A stretch of 64,000 bases of DNA, from the NCBI GenBank assembly GCA_050916045.1, contig CP051526.1, positions 2,304,001-2,368,000 of the forward strand, read 5' to 3'. The notes under the pieces were generated by a model, which searched no databases, was not told where the DNA came from, and was given only the letters and a program-made list of their open reading frames with translations. This DNA is from Tepidisphaera sp. (GTDB taxonomy: Bacteria > Planctomycetota > Phycisphaerae > Phycisphaerales > UBA1924). Shown here piece by piece: positions 10,786 to 20,682 of the stretch (positions are counted from its first letter, which is position 1; each line of letters begins with the position of its first letter). A program made the position numbers and the translations under genes.

Positions 10786-11712
10786 ATGACCACGACCGCA
10801 TCCCCCACTCCTTCAACCATGCCCACCGCGGACCCATCCCCGACCCAACGGATCGCTTTCGGCGACATGAACGCGCCGGCGCCGGTGTACCGCGTCATCG
10901 ACGCGATTCGCGGCGGACAGGCCCACACCCCCGAGATCCACGAGACGGCCAAACGCGAGGATGCGCTGCTTGAGATGAAGGACTTCTGCCTGTACTACGG
11001 GAAGGCCAAAGCTCTTCACTCGATCAGCATGAAGGTCGCCCGCGGCAAGGTCACGGCCCTGATCGGGCCCTCGGGCTGCGGCAAGTCCACCCTGCTGCGT
11101 TCGGTCAACCGGCTCAACGACCTCATCGACGGCGTGCGGATCGAGGGGGACATGCTCCTCAACGGCGAAACCGTCTACGCCCCGGACGTCGACGTGATCG
11201 ACCTCCGCAAGCGGCTTGGCATGGTCTTTCAGAAGCCCAATCCGTTCCCGATGTCGATCTTCGAGAACGTCGTCTACCCGCTCCGCATCGACGGTGAGCG
11301 TCGCAAGAGCGTCCTGCAGGAAGCGTGCGAGAAGTCGCTGAAAGCCGCGGCGCTGTGGGAAGAAGCCAAGGACCGCCTGCACGAGTCTGCTCTTGGCCTC
11401 TCCGGCGGGCAGCAGCAGCGTCTGTGCATCGCGAGGGCGATCGTCGCCGAGCCCGAAGTCCTGCTGATGGACGAGCCGTGCTCCGCGCTGGACCCGATCG
11501 CGACGCTCCGCATCGAGGAACTCATCGAAGAGGTGAGCCAGCGGTACACCGTGCTCATCGTGACGCACAACATGCAGCAGGCCGCCCGCGTCAGCGACTA
11601 CACCGCGTTCCTTTACCTCGGCCGGCTCGTTGAGTACGGCCTGACCAAGGACATCTTCCAGAACCCGCACCTCCGCGAGACGGAAGACTACGTGACGGGC
11701 CGGTTCGGCTGA
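10786..11712 (+). CDS. pstB: Phosphate ABC transporter ATP-binding protein
   Basis: Walker [54 protein letters not shown]-terminal YVTGRFG. Confidence 0.96.
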   Translation: MTTTASPTPSTMPTADPSPTQRIAFGDMNAPAPVYRVIDAIRGGQAHTPEIHETAKREDALLEMKDFCLYYGKAKALHSISMKVARGKVTALIGPSGCGKSTLLRSVNRLNDLIDGVRIEGDMLLNGETVYAPDVDVIDLRKRLGMVFQKPNPFPMSIFENVVYPLRIDGERRKSVLQEACEKSLKAAALWEEAKDRLHESALGLSGGQQQRLCIARAIVAEPEVLLMDEPCSALDPIATLRIEELIEEVSQRYTVLIVTHNMQQAARVSDYTAFLYLGRLVEYGLTKDIFQNPHLRETEDYVTGRFG

Positions 11713-11732
11713 TCAGGGGTTCGCAGGGGCGA

Positions 11733-12188
11733 TCACTCGGATCGCAAGGCCAGCACCGCAAAGAGCGCCGCCGCGCCGAGCGTGAGCACGACGAGCAGTT
11801 TCATTCGCTCGGTGACGCCACTTGCCGCGGAAGCGATGCCTGTGCCCGGATCGATGTGGAACGTGATCGAGGAGTCGAGCGGGAAGTCGTCGATCCCGGC
11901 TTGCCTGGCTTCTGCCTTGCTCCGGAACCACTCGAGATGGATTTCCGGGTCGAGATTGGTGACCACTTCACCGACGGAACTCTGGTAGCGTATCTTGAGC
12001 AGCGGTCCGTATCGAGGAGCGTTTGAACGCGGCGCTCTGCCCTCCTTGATCTCGTGGCCGACCACAACGCCCGTCACTTCGATGTGGTTCCGCTTGGACC
12101 AGTACGGCCAGACGACCAAGCCGATCGCGATGATGAGCAGCGCTCCCGCGTTTAGCCAACAGGTCGCCGCTTGCCGGCTCCATCGCAT
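11733..12188 (-). CDS. Hypothetical membrane protein (DUF3592-like)
   Basis: N- and C-terminal TM segments around a small beta-rich domain (IEVTGVVVGHEI); starts 4 nt after the peptidase stop. Confidence 0.5.
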   Translation of the reverse strand: MRWSRQAATCWLNAGALLIIAIGLVVWPYWSKRNHIEVTGVVVGHEIKEGRAPRSNAPRYGPLLKIRYQSSVGEVVTNLDPEIHLEWFRSKAEARQAGIDDFPLDSSITFHIDPGTGIASAASGVTERMKLLVVLTLGAAALFAVLALRSE

Positions 12189-12192
12189 GCGA

Positions 12193-14064
12193 TCACTCGT
12201 CCTTGCCGCCAAGCCACGAATCAAACTGCTTCTTCTGCTCGTCGCTGATCTCATCGAGCTTGCGGATCGACGGCGAGACGTCGGGCTGACCCCCGATGGT
12301 GATGACCGCTTCGCGGAGCACGTCGTGCCGGAAGAACGCGAAGCGGACGGTGTCGCCGACGGCTCGCAATCCGATCTCCTTGTCGAGATCCGCCGCTCTC
12401 AATCGGCGGCCATCGATCGCGACGAGGATGTCGCCCGGAACCAGACCGGGTCCAAAGTCGGGCCGGAGCGCGGGCGAATCGGTCGCGACGACGGTGACTC
12501 GGGCAACGCCGGACTCGTCCGTAGCGGTCACGCCCAGGTACGGAAGGGCCTTTTCGCCCGGCTCGGCGCGATACTCGCGGCCGACGACCGCGAGAGCGGC
12601 GTTGAAATCAAGCTGGCCTGTCCCGTGGACGGCGGTCCGGAAGAAGGTCTCGATCCACTCGGCGTCGGGCGGGCATTCCGCAACCTCGGCGATGATCGCC
12701 CGCAGGTCGGCTTCGGAGAAACCCTTGTCGGGCGTCGGGAAGCGTTCGAAAAGCCTGCGGGAAACGGTGTCGAGCGACGCCCCGGGCTTGCGCTTGCGGA
12801 TCTCCATATCGAGCAGGAAGCTCACCAGGGATCCCTTGTCATAGAACGAAACGGTGGAGTTGTTCGCGTCGGCGGTCTTCTTGTTGAACTTGACCCACGC
12901 GTCGTAGCTTGAGTGGGCGACGCTCTGGACCCGCGAACCGAGCTTGGTCTGCTCGGTGCGGATGGTCTTGGCCAGGTTGTCGAGGAATCGCGAACGGGTC
13001 ATCAAGCCCGCCCGCACGAGTACGACGTCCTCGTAATACGTGGTCATGCCTTCGGAGACCCAGAGCAGCGTCGTGTAGTTCTCGCGCTGATAGTCGTACG
13101 GAGTGAGGCCCTGCGGCCGGAACCGCTTGACGTTCCACGTGTGGAACATCTCGTGCGAGACGAGTGACAGGAAGGACCGGTAGCGTTCGGCGTCGCGGAT
13201 GGCTTCCGGCGGCGTCTGCATGATCGTCGAGTTCCAGTGCTCGGTGCCGCCGCGACCGCCCGGGTAGCAGTGCAGCAGGAAGACGTACTTGTCGTACGGG
13301 AGCGAGCCGAAGATGTCTCGCTGAGCCTCCACGATCTTGGCGAAATCCCCGCCAAGGTTGTCCCACTTGGTCGCGCGGGCCTTCGTCTGTGAGCCTTCCG
13401 TCGACGGCTCGCCCGTCCAGATCGCGATCTCGTGCGGCTTGCCGTCGACGTCGAAGGTGATGACGTGATGGACGCCGGCTTCGATGGGCGAGTCGGCGAG
13501 GATGTCGTAGTTGGGGGCGGAAAGCTCCCAGCGGTCATCCGCGATGCGGCCGGAGCCGCCCAGCCCGCTGGAAACGCGCCACGCGGCGCCACCCTCGCGG
13601 ACGGGAAGCGTGAGCTTGACCTCCGCGGGGAGGTTCCGCCACTCGTGAGCGTACATCAGCACCGTGGCGGGGTTGAAGAACGCGTGCGTGTCGTCGGCGT
13701 GGCGGGTCCGGTTGTCGAGGCTCGCGGCCCAGACGTCGTACTCGACCACCACGGATTGAGCGGAGCCGGTCTGAACGCGCCAGGAGGATTTCTCGGTCTT
13801 CTCGATCTCGAGCGGGGTGCCCTCGGCGGAAGCGGCTTTCACCTGCCGCACCGTGCCCGCCTGATCGAGAATCAGGTACAAGCCCGGCCGCCAGACGGGA
13901 AGGTGCACATCAACCGTCGGCGTCGTGACACCCTGAAGGGTCATCTTGACTCGGATGACCTGCTCACCCGAGCGGGTGAGGTCCACGTCGTACATCACCG
14001 GCCCGGTCTGGGCCAAAGCCGAAGCAGTCGAGAGCAGGGTCGCAAAGGTCGCAAGCGATTTCAT
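12193..14064 (-). CDS. M61 family (glycyl aminopeptidase-like) metallopeptidase with PDZ domain
   Basis: Signal peptide; PVWRPGLY, GGTEH, HEXXH in SHEMFHTWNVKR, LWVSEGMTTYY, FYDKG; PDZ (GDILVAIDG). Confidence 0.9.
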   Translation of the reverse strand: MKSLATFATLLSTASALAQTGPVMYDVDLTRSGEQVIRVKMTLQGVTTPTVDVHLPVWRPGLYLILDQAGTVRQVKAASAEGTPLEIEKTEKSSWRVQTGSAQSVVVEYDVWAASLDNRTRHADDTHAFFNPATVLMYAHEWRNLPAEVKLTLPVREGGAAWRVSSGLGGSGRIADDRWELSAPNYDILADSPIEAGVHHVITFDVDGKPHEIAIWTGEPSTEGSQTKARATKWDNLGGDFAKIVEAQRDIFGSLPYDKYVFLLHCYPGGRGGTEHWNSTIMQTPPEAIRDAERYRSFLSLVSHEMFHTWNVKRFRPQGLTPYDYQRENYTTLLWVSEGMTTYYEDVVLVRAGLMTRSRFLDNLAKTIRTEQTKLGSRVQSVAHSSYDAWVKFNKKTADANNSTVSFYDKGSLVSFLLDMEIRKRKPGASLDTVSRRLFERFPTPDKGFSEADLRAIIAEVAECPPDAEWIETFFRTAVHGTGQLDFNAALAVVGREYRAEPGEKALPYLGVTATDESGVARVTVVATDSPALRPDFGPGLVPGDILVAIDGRRLRAADLDKEIGLRAVGDTVRFAFFRHDVLREAVITIGGQPDVSPSIRKLDEISDEQKKQFDSWLGGKDE

Positions 14065-14137
14065 CGTCCGCTAGTGTATCGGCGGAGGCTGCTCACCGCA
14101 GCCGCGCGGACCACCCGGGGGGAGTACGCTTTCCGCC

Positions 14138-14653
14138 ATGCAGAACGTCGAATTCAAAGCGGAGCTCCGGGACCCCGCGCTCGCGCGGACGATCCTGGGT
14201 TCCGCCGGTTTCGGCGCGACGTGGATCATCCAGCTCAAGCAGACGGACACGTACTTCAAGGTCCCCGCCGGCCGGCTCAAGAAGCGAGAGTGCCCGGGTG
14301 AGCCCACCGAGTACATCTTTTACGACCGCGCGGACAAAGCCCAGGCTCGCCTCAGCCACTTCAAGATCTACAGCGAGGATCAGGCGATCGCGCGGTTCGG
14401 CGCCAGCCCCCTCCCGGTCTGGCTGGTCGTGCGAAAGACCCGCGACCTCTACATGCACGGCAACGTGCGGATCCACCTCGACCAGGTCGAAGGACTCGGC
14501 TGGTTCATCGAGTTCGAAGCTCTGGTCTCGCCCCAGCACACCATCGAACGATGCCATGAAGCCGTCGCCGACCTGCGGGCCCGGCTTGCGGTCGCCATCG
14601 GCGAGCCGATGGCGGGCGGGTACAGCGACATGCTGGCGAACGAACCCTCGTAA
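14138..14653 (+). CDS. CYTH-domain / class IV adenylate cyclase-like protein
   Basis: NVEFKA (ExEXK variant), QTDTYF, GRLKKRE, VRIHLDQVEGLGWFIEFEA, YSDML. Confidence 0.85.
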   Translation: MQNVEFKAELRDPALARTILGSAGFGATWIIQLKQTDTYFKVPAGRLKKRECPGEPTEYIFYDRADKAQARLSHFKIYSEDQAIARFGASPLPVWLVVRKTRDLYMHGNVRIHLDQVEGLGWFIEFEALVSPQHTIERCHEAVADLRARLAVAIGEPMAGGYSDMLANEPS

Positions 14654-14685
14654 AAAGAAAAGCCCCGCGCTCTCGCGCGGGGCTT
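14652..14685 (-). terminator. Rho-independent terminator between convergent genes
   Basis: AAGCCCCGCGC-TCTC-GCGCGGGGCTT hairpin; T-run on the minus strand. Confidence 0.7.
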
Positions 14686-14703
14686 GCTGAGGATCGATCA
14701 GAT

Positions 14704-15990
14704 TCAGGGAAGCGTGTACGTGACCTTCGCACCAAACACGGCGAGCGTGTCGGCGGTCGCAGCGCCGAAGAACGCCCGGATGTAGTAGGCGGAGTTATCG
14801 AGGACAACGACGGGCGTTCCCGAAAGCGTGTACGTGGTCACGTTCGCACTGTTCACGGTCGTCGCGGTGGCCGCGACGGTCACCGCCGCCGCGCTCAGCG
14901 AGGTCTGGCGGATCAGGTCCATCTGGATGTTCGAACCAGACTGGTCGAAAGCCATGAACTGGACCTGCGTGATCGTCGAGCCGACCGGAATCTCGCAGGC
15001 GACCAGCATCTCGCCGCCGTTGGGCACCTGCAAAGCGTTGGCCGTCGCGTAGACCGTCGAGCTGTTGTTCGGCTTGAACGCGCGGTACATGTAGTTGACC
15101 GTGCGTGTGTTCCCACCGCCGCCACCCGCGGCCACGAACGAGCCCGTCGAAGTCACGCGAGCGACCACGTTCCCGGCGCTGTCAAGCCACTGGGTCAGGT
15201 CGCTGCTCTGGCCGTTCGCACCCTTGATCGAAAGCCCGACCTCGTTGGTCTGCAGGAAGATGCTCTGGTTCCGCGAGAAGAAGTTCTGCGTGCCCGTGCC
15301 CGCCGCTCCCAGGTTCGCCCGGGCCGCGTCGGCGAACGACGCTCCCGTGCCGCCGAACTGGATCGGGAGGATGCCCGAGACGATGTCCGACGCCGTGTGG
15401 AAGTGCTGGCCGAGCGAGAAGGTCGTGCCCGTGAGGATGATCCCCGTGCCCGCCGTGTACGTCGTGTCGTTGTCCACGCCGTCGGCAAACCCGGAAGGAA
15501 CGCCGGTCAGGCCGGACCAGAGGGTCGTGCCTGCCGGGCCCTGGGGGCCTTGTGGGCCCTGCGGCCCCTGCGGACCCTCGGGGCCTTCGGGTCCCTGCGG
15601 GCCGGGGTTGAGGGCTCGGAGGGCGTAGGGCGTCGCGTTGAGAGGCTGGCGCGAGCCGAGGGTCGTAAACGTGCCGCTCCCGCCGGGGCTGCGGACCGCG
15701 ATCTCAAGGAACCGCTGGTTGCCGTCGTAGACGGCTCCAAAGTCGAGGCCGACCGTGAAACGCCCGTCGGACACGCCAAGAGCGTTCGAAGCGAGCGTCG
15801 GGCCGACCTGGGTCCCGCCCGTAGCCGCTGTAAACAGCCGGAACTGGAAGTCGGCGGTGCCGGTCACCGGTGCGCCGGCGTTGCGGAGCTCGCCCTGGTA
15901 GGTGAACGTGTTGGTGAGCGGCTGCGCAATGGCAGGGGCAACCATCGCGAAAGCTGAGGCCGCGATAAGCGTACGAATCGGACTCTTCAT
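14704..15990 (-). CDS. Secreted protein with FTYQG N-terminal domain, short collagen-like repeat and tail-fibre-like segments
   Basis: Start MKSPIR (15990) with GGAG RBS; signal peptide; FTYQGEL; (GPQ/GPE)n at about 15532-15606; YTAGTGIILTG and LPIQFGGTGA fibre-like motifs. Confidence 0.75.
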   Translation of the reverse strand: MKSPIRTLIAASAFAMVAPAIAQPLTNTFTYQGELRNAGAPVTGTADFQFRLFTAATGGTQVGPTLASNALGVSDGRFTVGLDFGAVYDGNQRFLEIAVRSPGGSGTFTTLGSRQPLNATPYALRALNPGPQGPEGPEGPQGPQGPQGPQGPAGTTLWSGLTGVPSGFADGVDNDTTYTAGTGIILTGTTFSLGQHFHTASDIVSGILPIQFGGTGASFADAARANLGAAGTGTQNFFSRNQSIFLQTNEVGLSIKGANGQSSDLTQWLDSAGNVVARVTSTGSFVAAGGGGGNTRTVNYMYRAFKPNNSSTVYATANALQVPNGGEMLVACEIPVGSTITQVQFMAFDQSGSNIQMDLIRQTSLSAAAVTVAATATTVNSANVTTYTLSGTPVVVLDNSAYYIRAFFGAATADTLAVFGAKVTYTLP

Positions 15991-16221
15991 GGGTGACTCC
16001 CTCATCTCGTTGCTGTGCGACGCCGCACGGGGGCTTGTATCGTGCCCGCTCCAAGCCCTCGACGCAAGTCTCATCGGTCCAAAACCCGACAGAAAGCGTC
16101 TAAAATAACCCAAACATCCACAAACCGGGTGCCTGTCCGGGGCCATCGGCAGCGCAGTGACGTCCCATACGGCGGGGCCCGTCGTTCGGTTGCCGCAAAA
16201 CCGCCGGGCGTACGCTGCCGC

Positions 16222-16827
16222 ATGAACGTCTGCATTCGAGTTGTCATTGCCGCTTTGCTTTCGGTTCCGGCGGTTCTGGGGATGGGATGCGAGACGTCCC
16301 GCTGGGAAACCGGTCTTGCGCGCGGCCCGGATGCGGCGTCCCCGCTTCCTCAGGGGTCGTCGGTGCGGGTGCGGGAGGTGCCTTGGGAGCGTGTGGAAGC
16401 GACGCTCGCCTCGCTTCGGGCGGATGTCGCGGCGAGCAGCGTGCATCCTGATGAGTGGCCTGCCGAGAAGCGCGAAGAGCACAAGATCCGCCTGCTAAAC
16501 GGGTTACAGATCTCAGAGTCTCCGACAAGCGTGAAGGTCCTGGGCAAGACCGAGTTCCGGGCGGCCGACAAGGTCGTGATTCCCAGCGAGGAGCTCACCA
16601 AGCTCGCTCTCGGGTTGGGTGCGGACACCGTGGTGTGGTCGTCGCGGCCGCTTGGCAAAGCCGACCGGATCGTGCAGGAGCCGGTGACGTGGTACAACGA
16701 CGGCACCACGCACTGGCGGGACAAGGACGGGGGCGCGTTCGGCGAGATGCGGACAGGGTGGGTCCCGGTCCGCGTCCAGGTCGACGAAACCGGATACGTG
16801 GGTTTCTTCTTGCGATCCAAGCCCTAA
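16222..16827 (+). CDS. Hypothetical lipoprotein
   Basis: Hydrophobic signal ending LGMGC; coherent ORF with host-like codon usage. Confidence 0.55.
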   Translation: MNVCIRVVIAALLSVPAVLGMGCETSRWETGLARGPDAASPLPQGSSVRVREVPWERVEATLASLRADVAASSVHPDEWPAEKREEHKIRLLNGLQISESPTSVKVLGKTEFRAADKVVIPSEELTKLALGLGADTVVWSSRPLGKADRIVQEPVTWYNDGTTHWRDKDGGAFGEMRTGWVPVRVQVDETGYVGFFLRSKP

Positions 16828-16963
16828 GCCGGGGACCGGTCCGCTTGCAAGAGCGCATCCGGGGTGGTACGGTGGGGCCCATGGAATCGGCGATGTCGCC
16901 GAAGATGTCCCGCCTCGCCGCCGGGTTCTCGCGTGCGATTGTTCGGAGAGGAAAGGAAAGGTC

Positions 16964-17827
16964 ATGAAGTCGTCAGCCGCAAAGGCTCTGGTCGCCGCAT
17001 TCGTTTCGATGGCGGGCGCCGTCGCGTCCGCGGACGTGAACCCGCGCATCTCGTTTCCCTCGGAGCTTGTCCCCGTCGTCGTGACGGACAACTCCCTGGA
17101 GTGGCAGCCGCAGGAAGGCGCGGCGGCGGAGAAGCCGGCGGCACCCGCGGCGGAAGTCTCCTTCTGGAGCGGGTGGAAGCGCAACGCCGATCTGGGCCTC
17201 AACGGCTCCTCCGGCAACAGCGAGACCGTCTCCGTTCGCGGCCTCATCGGGGCCGAACGCAAGACCGAGTCGATGGAGACCAAAGCCAACATCGGGTACG
17301 TCTTCACCAACAGCGACGGCCAGAAGAGCAAGAGTCGCGGCGAAGCGAACCTGTTCAACAACTGGAACTTCGGCGCCGACAGCCCGTGGGGCTGGTTCGC
17401 GCAGGGCAAGGTCGAGTACGACGAATTCCAGTCGTGGAAGTGGCGCTTCAGCGGCGCGACCGGTCCGTCGTACACCTTCATCAAGAACGAGAAGACCACC
17501 CTCCGCGGCCGCGTCGGTCTCGGTGCGTACTACGAGACGGGCAAGCTCGGCGACGACGAGCTTCACCCCGAACTGGACGTCGGTCTTGATTTCACGCACC
17601 AGTTCTCCGAGACGCAGAAGATGTTCGCGACGGTTGATTACTACCCCAGCCTGGACGAGTTCCCGGCGTATCGCGTGACGGCGCAAGCCGGCTACGAGAT
17701 CCTTCTCTCGAAGGAGGACAACCTCTCGCTCAAGCTCGGCGTCCAGGACCGTTACGACAGCACCCCGGGCCTGGGGAACAAGCGCAACGATGTCGAGTAC
17801 TTCGTCGCGCTGTCGTTCAACTTCTGA
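16964..17827 (+). CDS. DUF481 (YdiY-like) outer-membrane beta-barrel protein
   Basis: Signal peptide; GLNGSSGNSET motif; alternating beta strands; C-terminal Phe (FVALSFNF). Confidence 0.8.
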   Translation: MKSSAAKALVAAFVSMAGAVASADVNPRISFPSELVPVVVTDNSLEWQPQEGAAAEKPAAPAAEVSFWSGWKRNADLGLNGSSGNSETVSVRGLIGAERKTESMETKANIGYVFTNSDGQKSKSRGEANLFNNWNFGADSPWGWFAQGKVEYDEFQSWKWRFSGATGPSYTFIKNEKTTLRGRVGLGAYYETGKLGDDELHPELDVGLDFTHQFSETQKMFATVDYYPSLDEFPAYRVTAQAGYEILLSKEDNLSLKLGVQDRYDSTPGLGNKRNDVEYFVALSFNF

Positions 17828-17881
17828 TCGAATCGAACTTTCGCGGCTCTCGTGGGGCCGCGCTCTCTTGGAAGGGCATCT

Positions 17882-18346
17882 ATGGGCTTTATTTCTGAGT
17901 TTCGTGACTTCGCGATGAAGGGCAACGTCGTCGACCTGGCGGTCGGCGTGATCATCGGCGGAGCGTTCGGCAAGATCGTCGACTCGATGATCAACGACAT
18001 CATGATGCCGGTGGTCGGCAAGGTCGTCGGCAACGTCGACTTCAGCAACCTGTACATCCCGCTTTCGGACAAGGTCTCGACGGAGCTTGCGGCCAAGGGA
18101 TCGCTTGGCCTCGCGGACGCCAAGAAGCTCGGCGCGGTCCTCGCGTACGGCAACTTCATCACCATCCTCATCAACTTCATCATCCTCGCGTTCTGCATCT
18201 TCCTCGTGGTCAAAGCCATGAACGAAGCCCGCAAGCGCATCGAGCGTCAGAAGGAAGCGGCCCCCGCGCCGCCCCCGCCGCCGCCGGCTCCGCCCGCTTC
18301 CGAGGTCTACCTCAAGGAAATCCGGGACCTCCTGGCCAAACGCTAA
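17882..18346 (+). CDS. mscL: Large-conductance mechanosensitive channel
   Basis: [43 protein letters not shown]. Confidence 0.97.
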   Translation: MGFISEFRDFAMKGNVVDLAVGVIIGGAFGKIVDSMINDIMMPVVGKVVGNVDFSNLYIPLSDKVSTELAAKGSLGLADAKKLGAVLAYGNFITILINFIILAFCIFLVVKAMNEARKRIERQKEAAPAPPPPPPAPPASEVYLKEIRDLLAKR

Positions 18347-18384
18347 ACGACGCCGGTCGCCGAGCGTTCTCCGACATCAGACAA

Positions 18385-18420
18385 CGAGCCGGGCGTCCAC
18401 AGACGCCCGGCTCGCTTTTC
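18385..18420 (+). terminator. Rho-independent terminator after mscL
   Basis: CGAGCCGGGCGTC-CACA-GACGCCCGGCTCG followed by CTTTTC. Confidence 0.7.
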
Positions 18421-18446
18421 ATCCAGAAATGTCTCGCCCAGTCGTA

Positions 18447-19400
18447 TCAGCACCCCGACTCGAAAGCCGTCACAAACGCGACATAGTCAAAGAAGTCCAC
18501 GAAGCCGTCCTCCGAAGTGTCAGCGTCCTTGCCCGGGGGGCAGACGCCCTCGAAACAGCTGACATAGTCGAGATAATCAAAGAAATCGATGAACTCGTCC
18601 TCGTTGAAGTCGGCGCCGCAGGGGATCGCCGCGGCGGAAACCGCCGCGCCGTTCCCGCGACGATCAAGCTCGATGATGAAGGGCGACTCGATCTCGCCCG
18701 TCTCCCAATCAACGCGCGAGAGGAAGAACGTCCCGGGATTGCCCGCCTGCGTCTGAGCCGCGAGAAAGAGCGTCGGACGCGAGGGCGGTCCGAATGCGTC
18801 CAATCCGCGATTGTTGAGCTCGAAAGGGAAGGCGCCGCCGATCTGCGTCGCTGGCTGCCCCAGCGCGTTCATCGGGACCTTCCAGAAGTTGTTGTCGCCG
18901 ACGAAGAACAGCGCGTCCTCCGCCGCGTTGTACGCGAGGCCGCCGACGCCGCCAGTGACACCCGTGCTCCACTCATTGATCGTCTCACCGTTCGCCGGGT
19001 TGTACTCGCGAAGCCGGACATTCCCGTTCCGGCCGTAGCCGCCGAAGAGACGACGGCCGGCGAAGACCGGAGAAGACGTGCCCTCGCGGAGCGTCCCGAT
19101 CCGAGCGAGCACGGGAGCACCGGTCTGCGCCCCTACCACGCGAAAAACCGTCTGATTGGCCGCGCCGCTCTGCACCGCGATGATGGCACCGCCCTGTCCG
19201 CCGAAGATCGAAGCGCCGACCGGAACCCGCGTCATGCCCACGAGCTCGACGCCGAGCGAATACTCCTGCACCGTCGCGTTGCTTCCCTGATACAGAACCC
19301 TGTAGAACGAAGTGCCCTGCGAAGCGAGCAGCAGCACATCGGCGTTCGCCGAAATCGCCACCGACAAGGCCGTTCCCGCCGCAATTGTGCGCAGATTCAT
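18447..19400 (-). CDS. Secreted GC-type dockerin-anchored protein
   Basis: Signal peptide; C-terminal duplicated EF-hand-like CGADFNEDEFIDFFDY...DGFVDFFDYVAFVTAFESGC. Confidence 0.8.
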   Translation of the reverse strand: MNLRTIAAGTALSVAISANADVLLLASQGTSFYRVLYQGSNATVQEYSLGVELVGMTRVPVGASIFGGQGGAIIAVQSGAANQTVFRVVGAQTGAPVLARIGTLREGTSSPVFAGRRLFGGYGRNGNVRLREYNPANGETINEWSTGVTGGVGGLAYNAAEDALFFVGDNNFWKVPMNALGQPATQIGGAFPFELNNRGLDAFGPPSRPTLFLAAQTQAGNPGTFFLSRVDWETGEIESPFIIELDRRGNGAAVSAAAIPCGADFNEDEFIDFFDYLDYVSCFEGVCPPGKDADTSEDGFVDFFDYVAFVTAFESGC

Positions 19401-19442
19401 GCTGAGACGCTCCTCGGCCGGAAGCTGGCGCGAACACCGCGC

Positions 19443-20562
19443 TCACTCCGCCTTCTTTTCCTTCTCCGCCCGCCGCCGCTTGAGCTCGGCGTCGATGAAC
19501 GGGTGAAGCTCGCCGCGAAGCACCGCTTCGTAGTCACGGTCCTCGTAGTTGGTCCGGTGATCCTTCACGCGGTTGTCGTAGAACACGTACGAGCGGATCT
19601 GCGTGCCCCAGCCCTGCTCCAAGCTGCCGCCGGACGCCGCCGCGATCTCTTTGTCGCGACGCTCATCCTCCATCTGCTGAAGCTTGGCTTGCAGCACGGA
19701 CAGCGCCTGGCTCTTGTTCTGAAGCTGGTCGCGGTACGTGCTCGCGACGACCTGCAAGCCGGTGGGCTTGTGGATCACGCGGATCGCGGAGGCGACCTTG
19801 TTGACGTTCTGACCGCCGGGGCCGCTGGCTCGCACGAACGCGATGATCTCAACGTCCTTGTCCGGGATCTCGATGTCGGCTTCGGCGACCTCGGGGACGA
19901 CGTCGACCGTCACGAAGCTCGTCTGCCGTTTGCCCTGAGCATTGAAGGGCGAAACGCGGGCGAGGCGGTGCGTGCCGCGTTCGCAGTTGAGGTGGCCGAA
20001 GGCGTACGGGCCCTTGACGTGGATCGTGACCGAGTCGATGCCGACCTCAGCGCCGAACCCCTTGTCGACCTCCTCCATGGACCAGCCCATCTTCTCGCAG
20101 TAGAAGATGTACATGCGGAGGAGCATCTCGGCCCAGTCGTTGGCTTCGGTGCCGCCCGCGCCGGCGTTGATCGTGAGGAAGCAGGCTCCGGCGTCGTACT
20201 TGCCGGTGAAGAGCGACTGCTGCTCGATCCGCGCCATCTTGGCCTGAAGCTGGAAGAGGGCTTCGTCCGCCTCGGCGAGCAGGTCCTTGTCCCCGGCTTC
20301 CTTGGCCATCTCGTAGGCGACCTTGGCGTCTTCGAGGGACGTCATGGCGGCGGCGAGCGGGTCGACCTGGGCTTTGAGGGTCTTGACCTCGGCGACGAGC
20401 TTTTTGGCCCGGCTTTGGTTATCCCAGAAGCCTTCGCCGGACATCTGCGTCTCGAGGTCCTTCAGTTGCTGGACTTTGGACGGGTAGTTAAAGAGAGTCG
20501 CGGATCGTTGAGATCCGCGCCTCAAGCTCGGAGATGACCGGCTGGTGTGCGTCGTAGTGCAT
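19443..20562 (-). CDS. prfB: Peptide chain release factor 2, expressed by programmed +1 frameshift (ORF1 20491-20562 joined to 19443-20489; about 372 aa)
   Basis: ATG at 20562 gives MHYDAHQPVISELEARISTIRDSL then CTT TAA C; +1 frame continues NYPSKV; RF2 SPF motif (RVSPFNAQGKRQTSF) and GGQ (SGPGGQNVNK). Confidence 0.95.
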
Positions 20563-20682
20563 GGGCGGAGCGTAGGGAGGGGTCCGGGCGAAGAAAAATC
20601 GCCTCGGGAGCGCCAATTCCGGGAGGTGCTGACGTTCCAGGTGTGTTGAACCCTCGTCATTCTAGAACCAAGGAGGCTTTGC

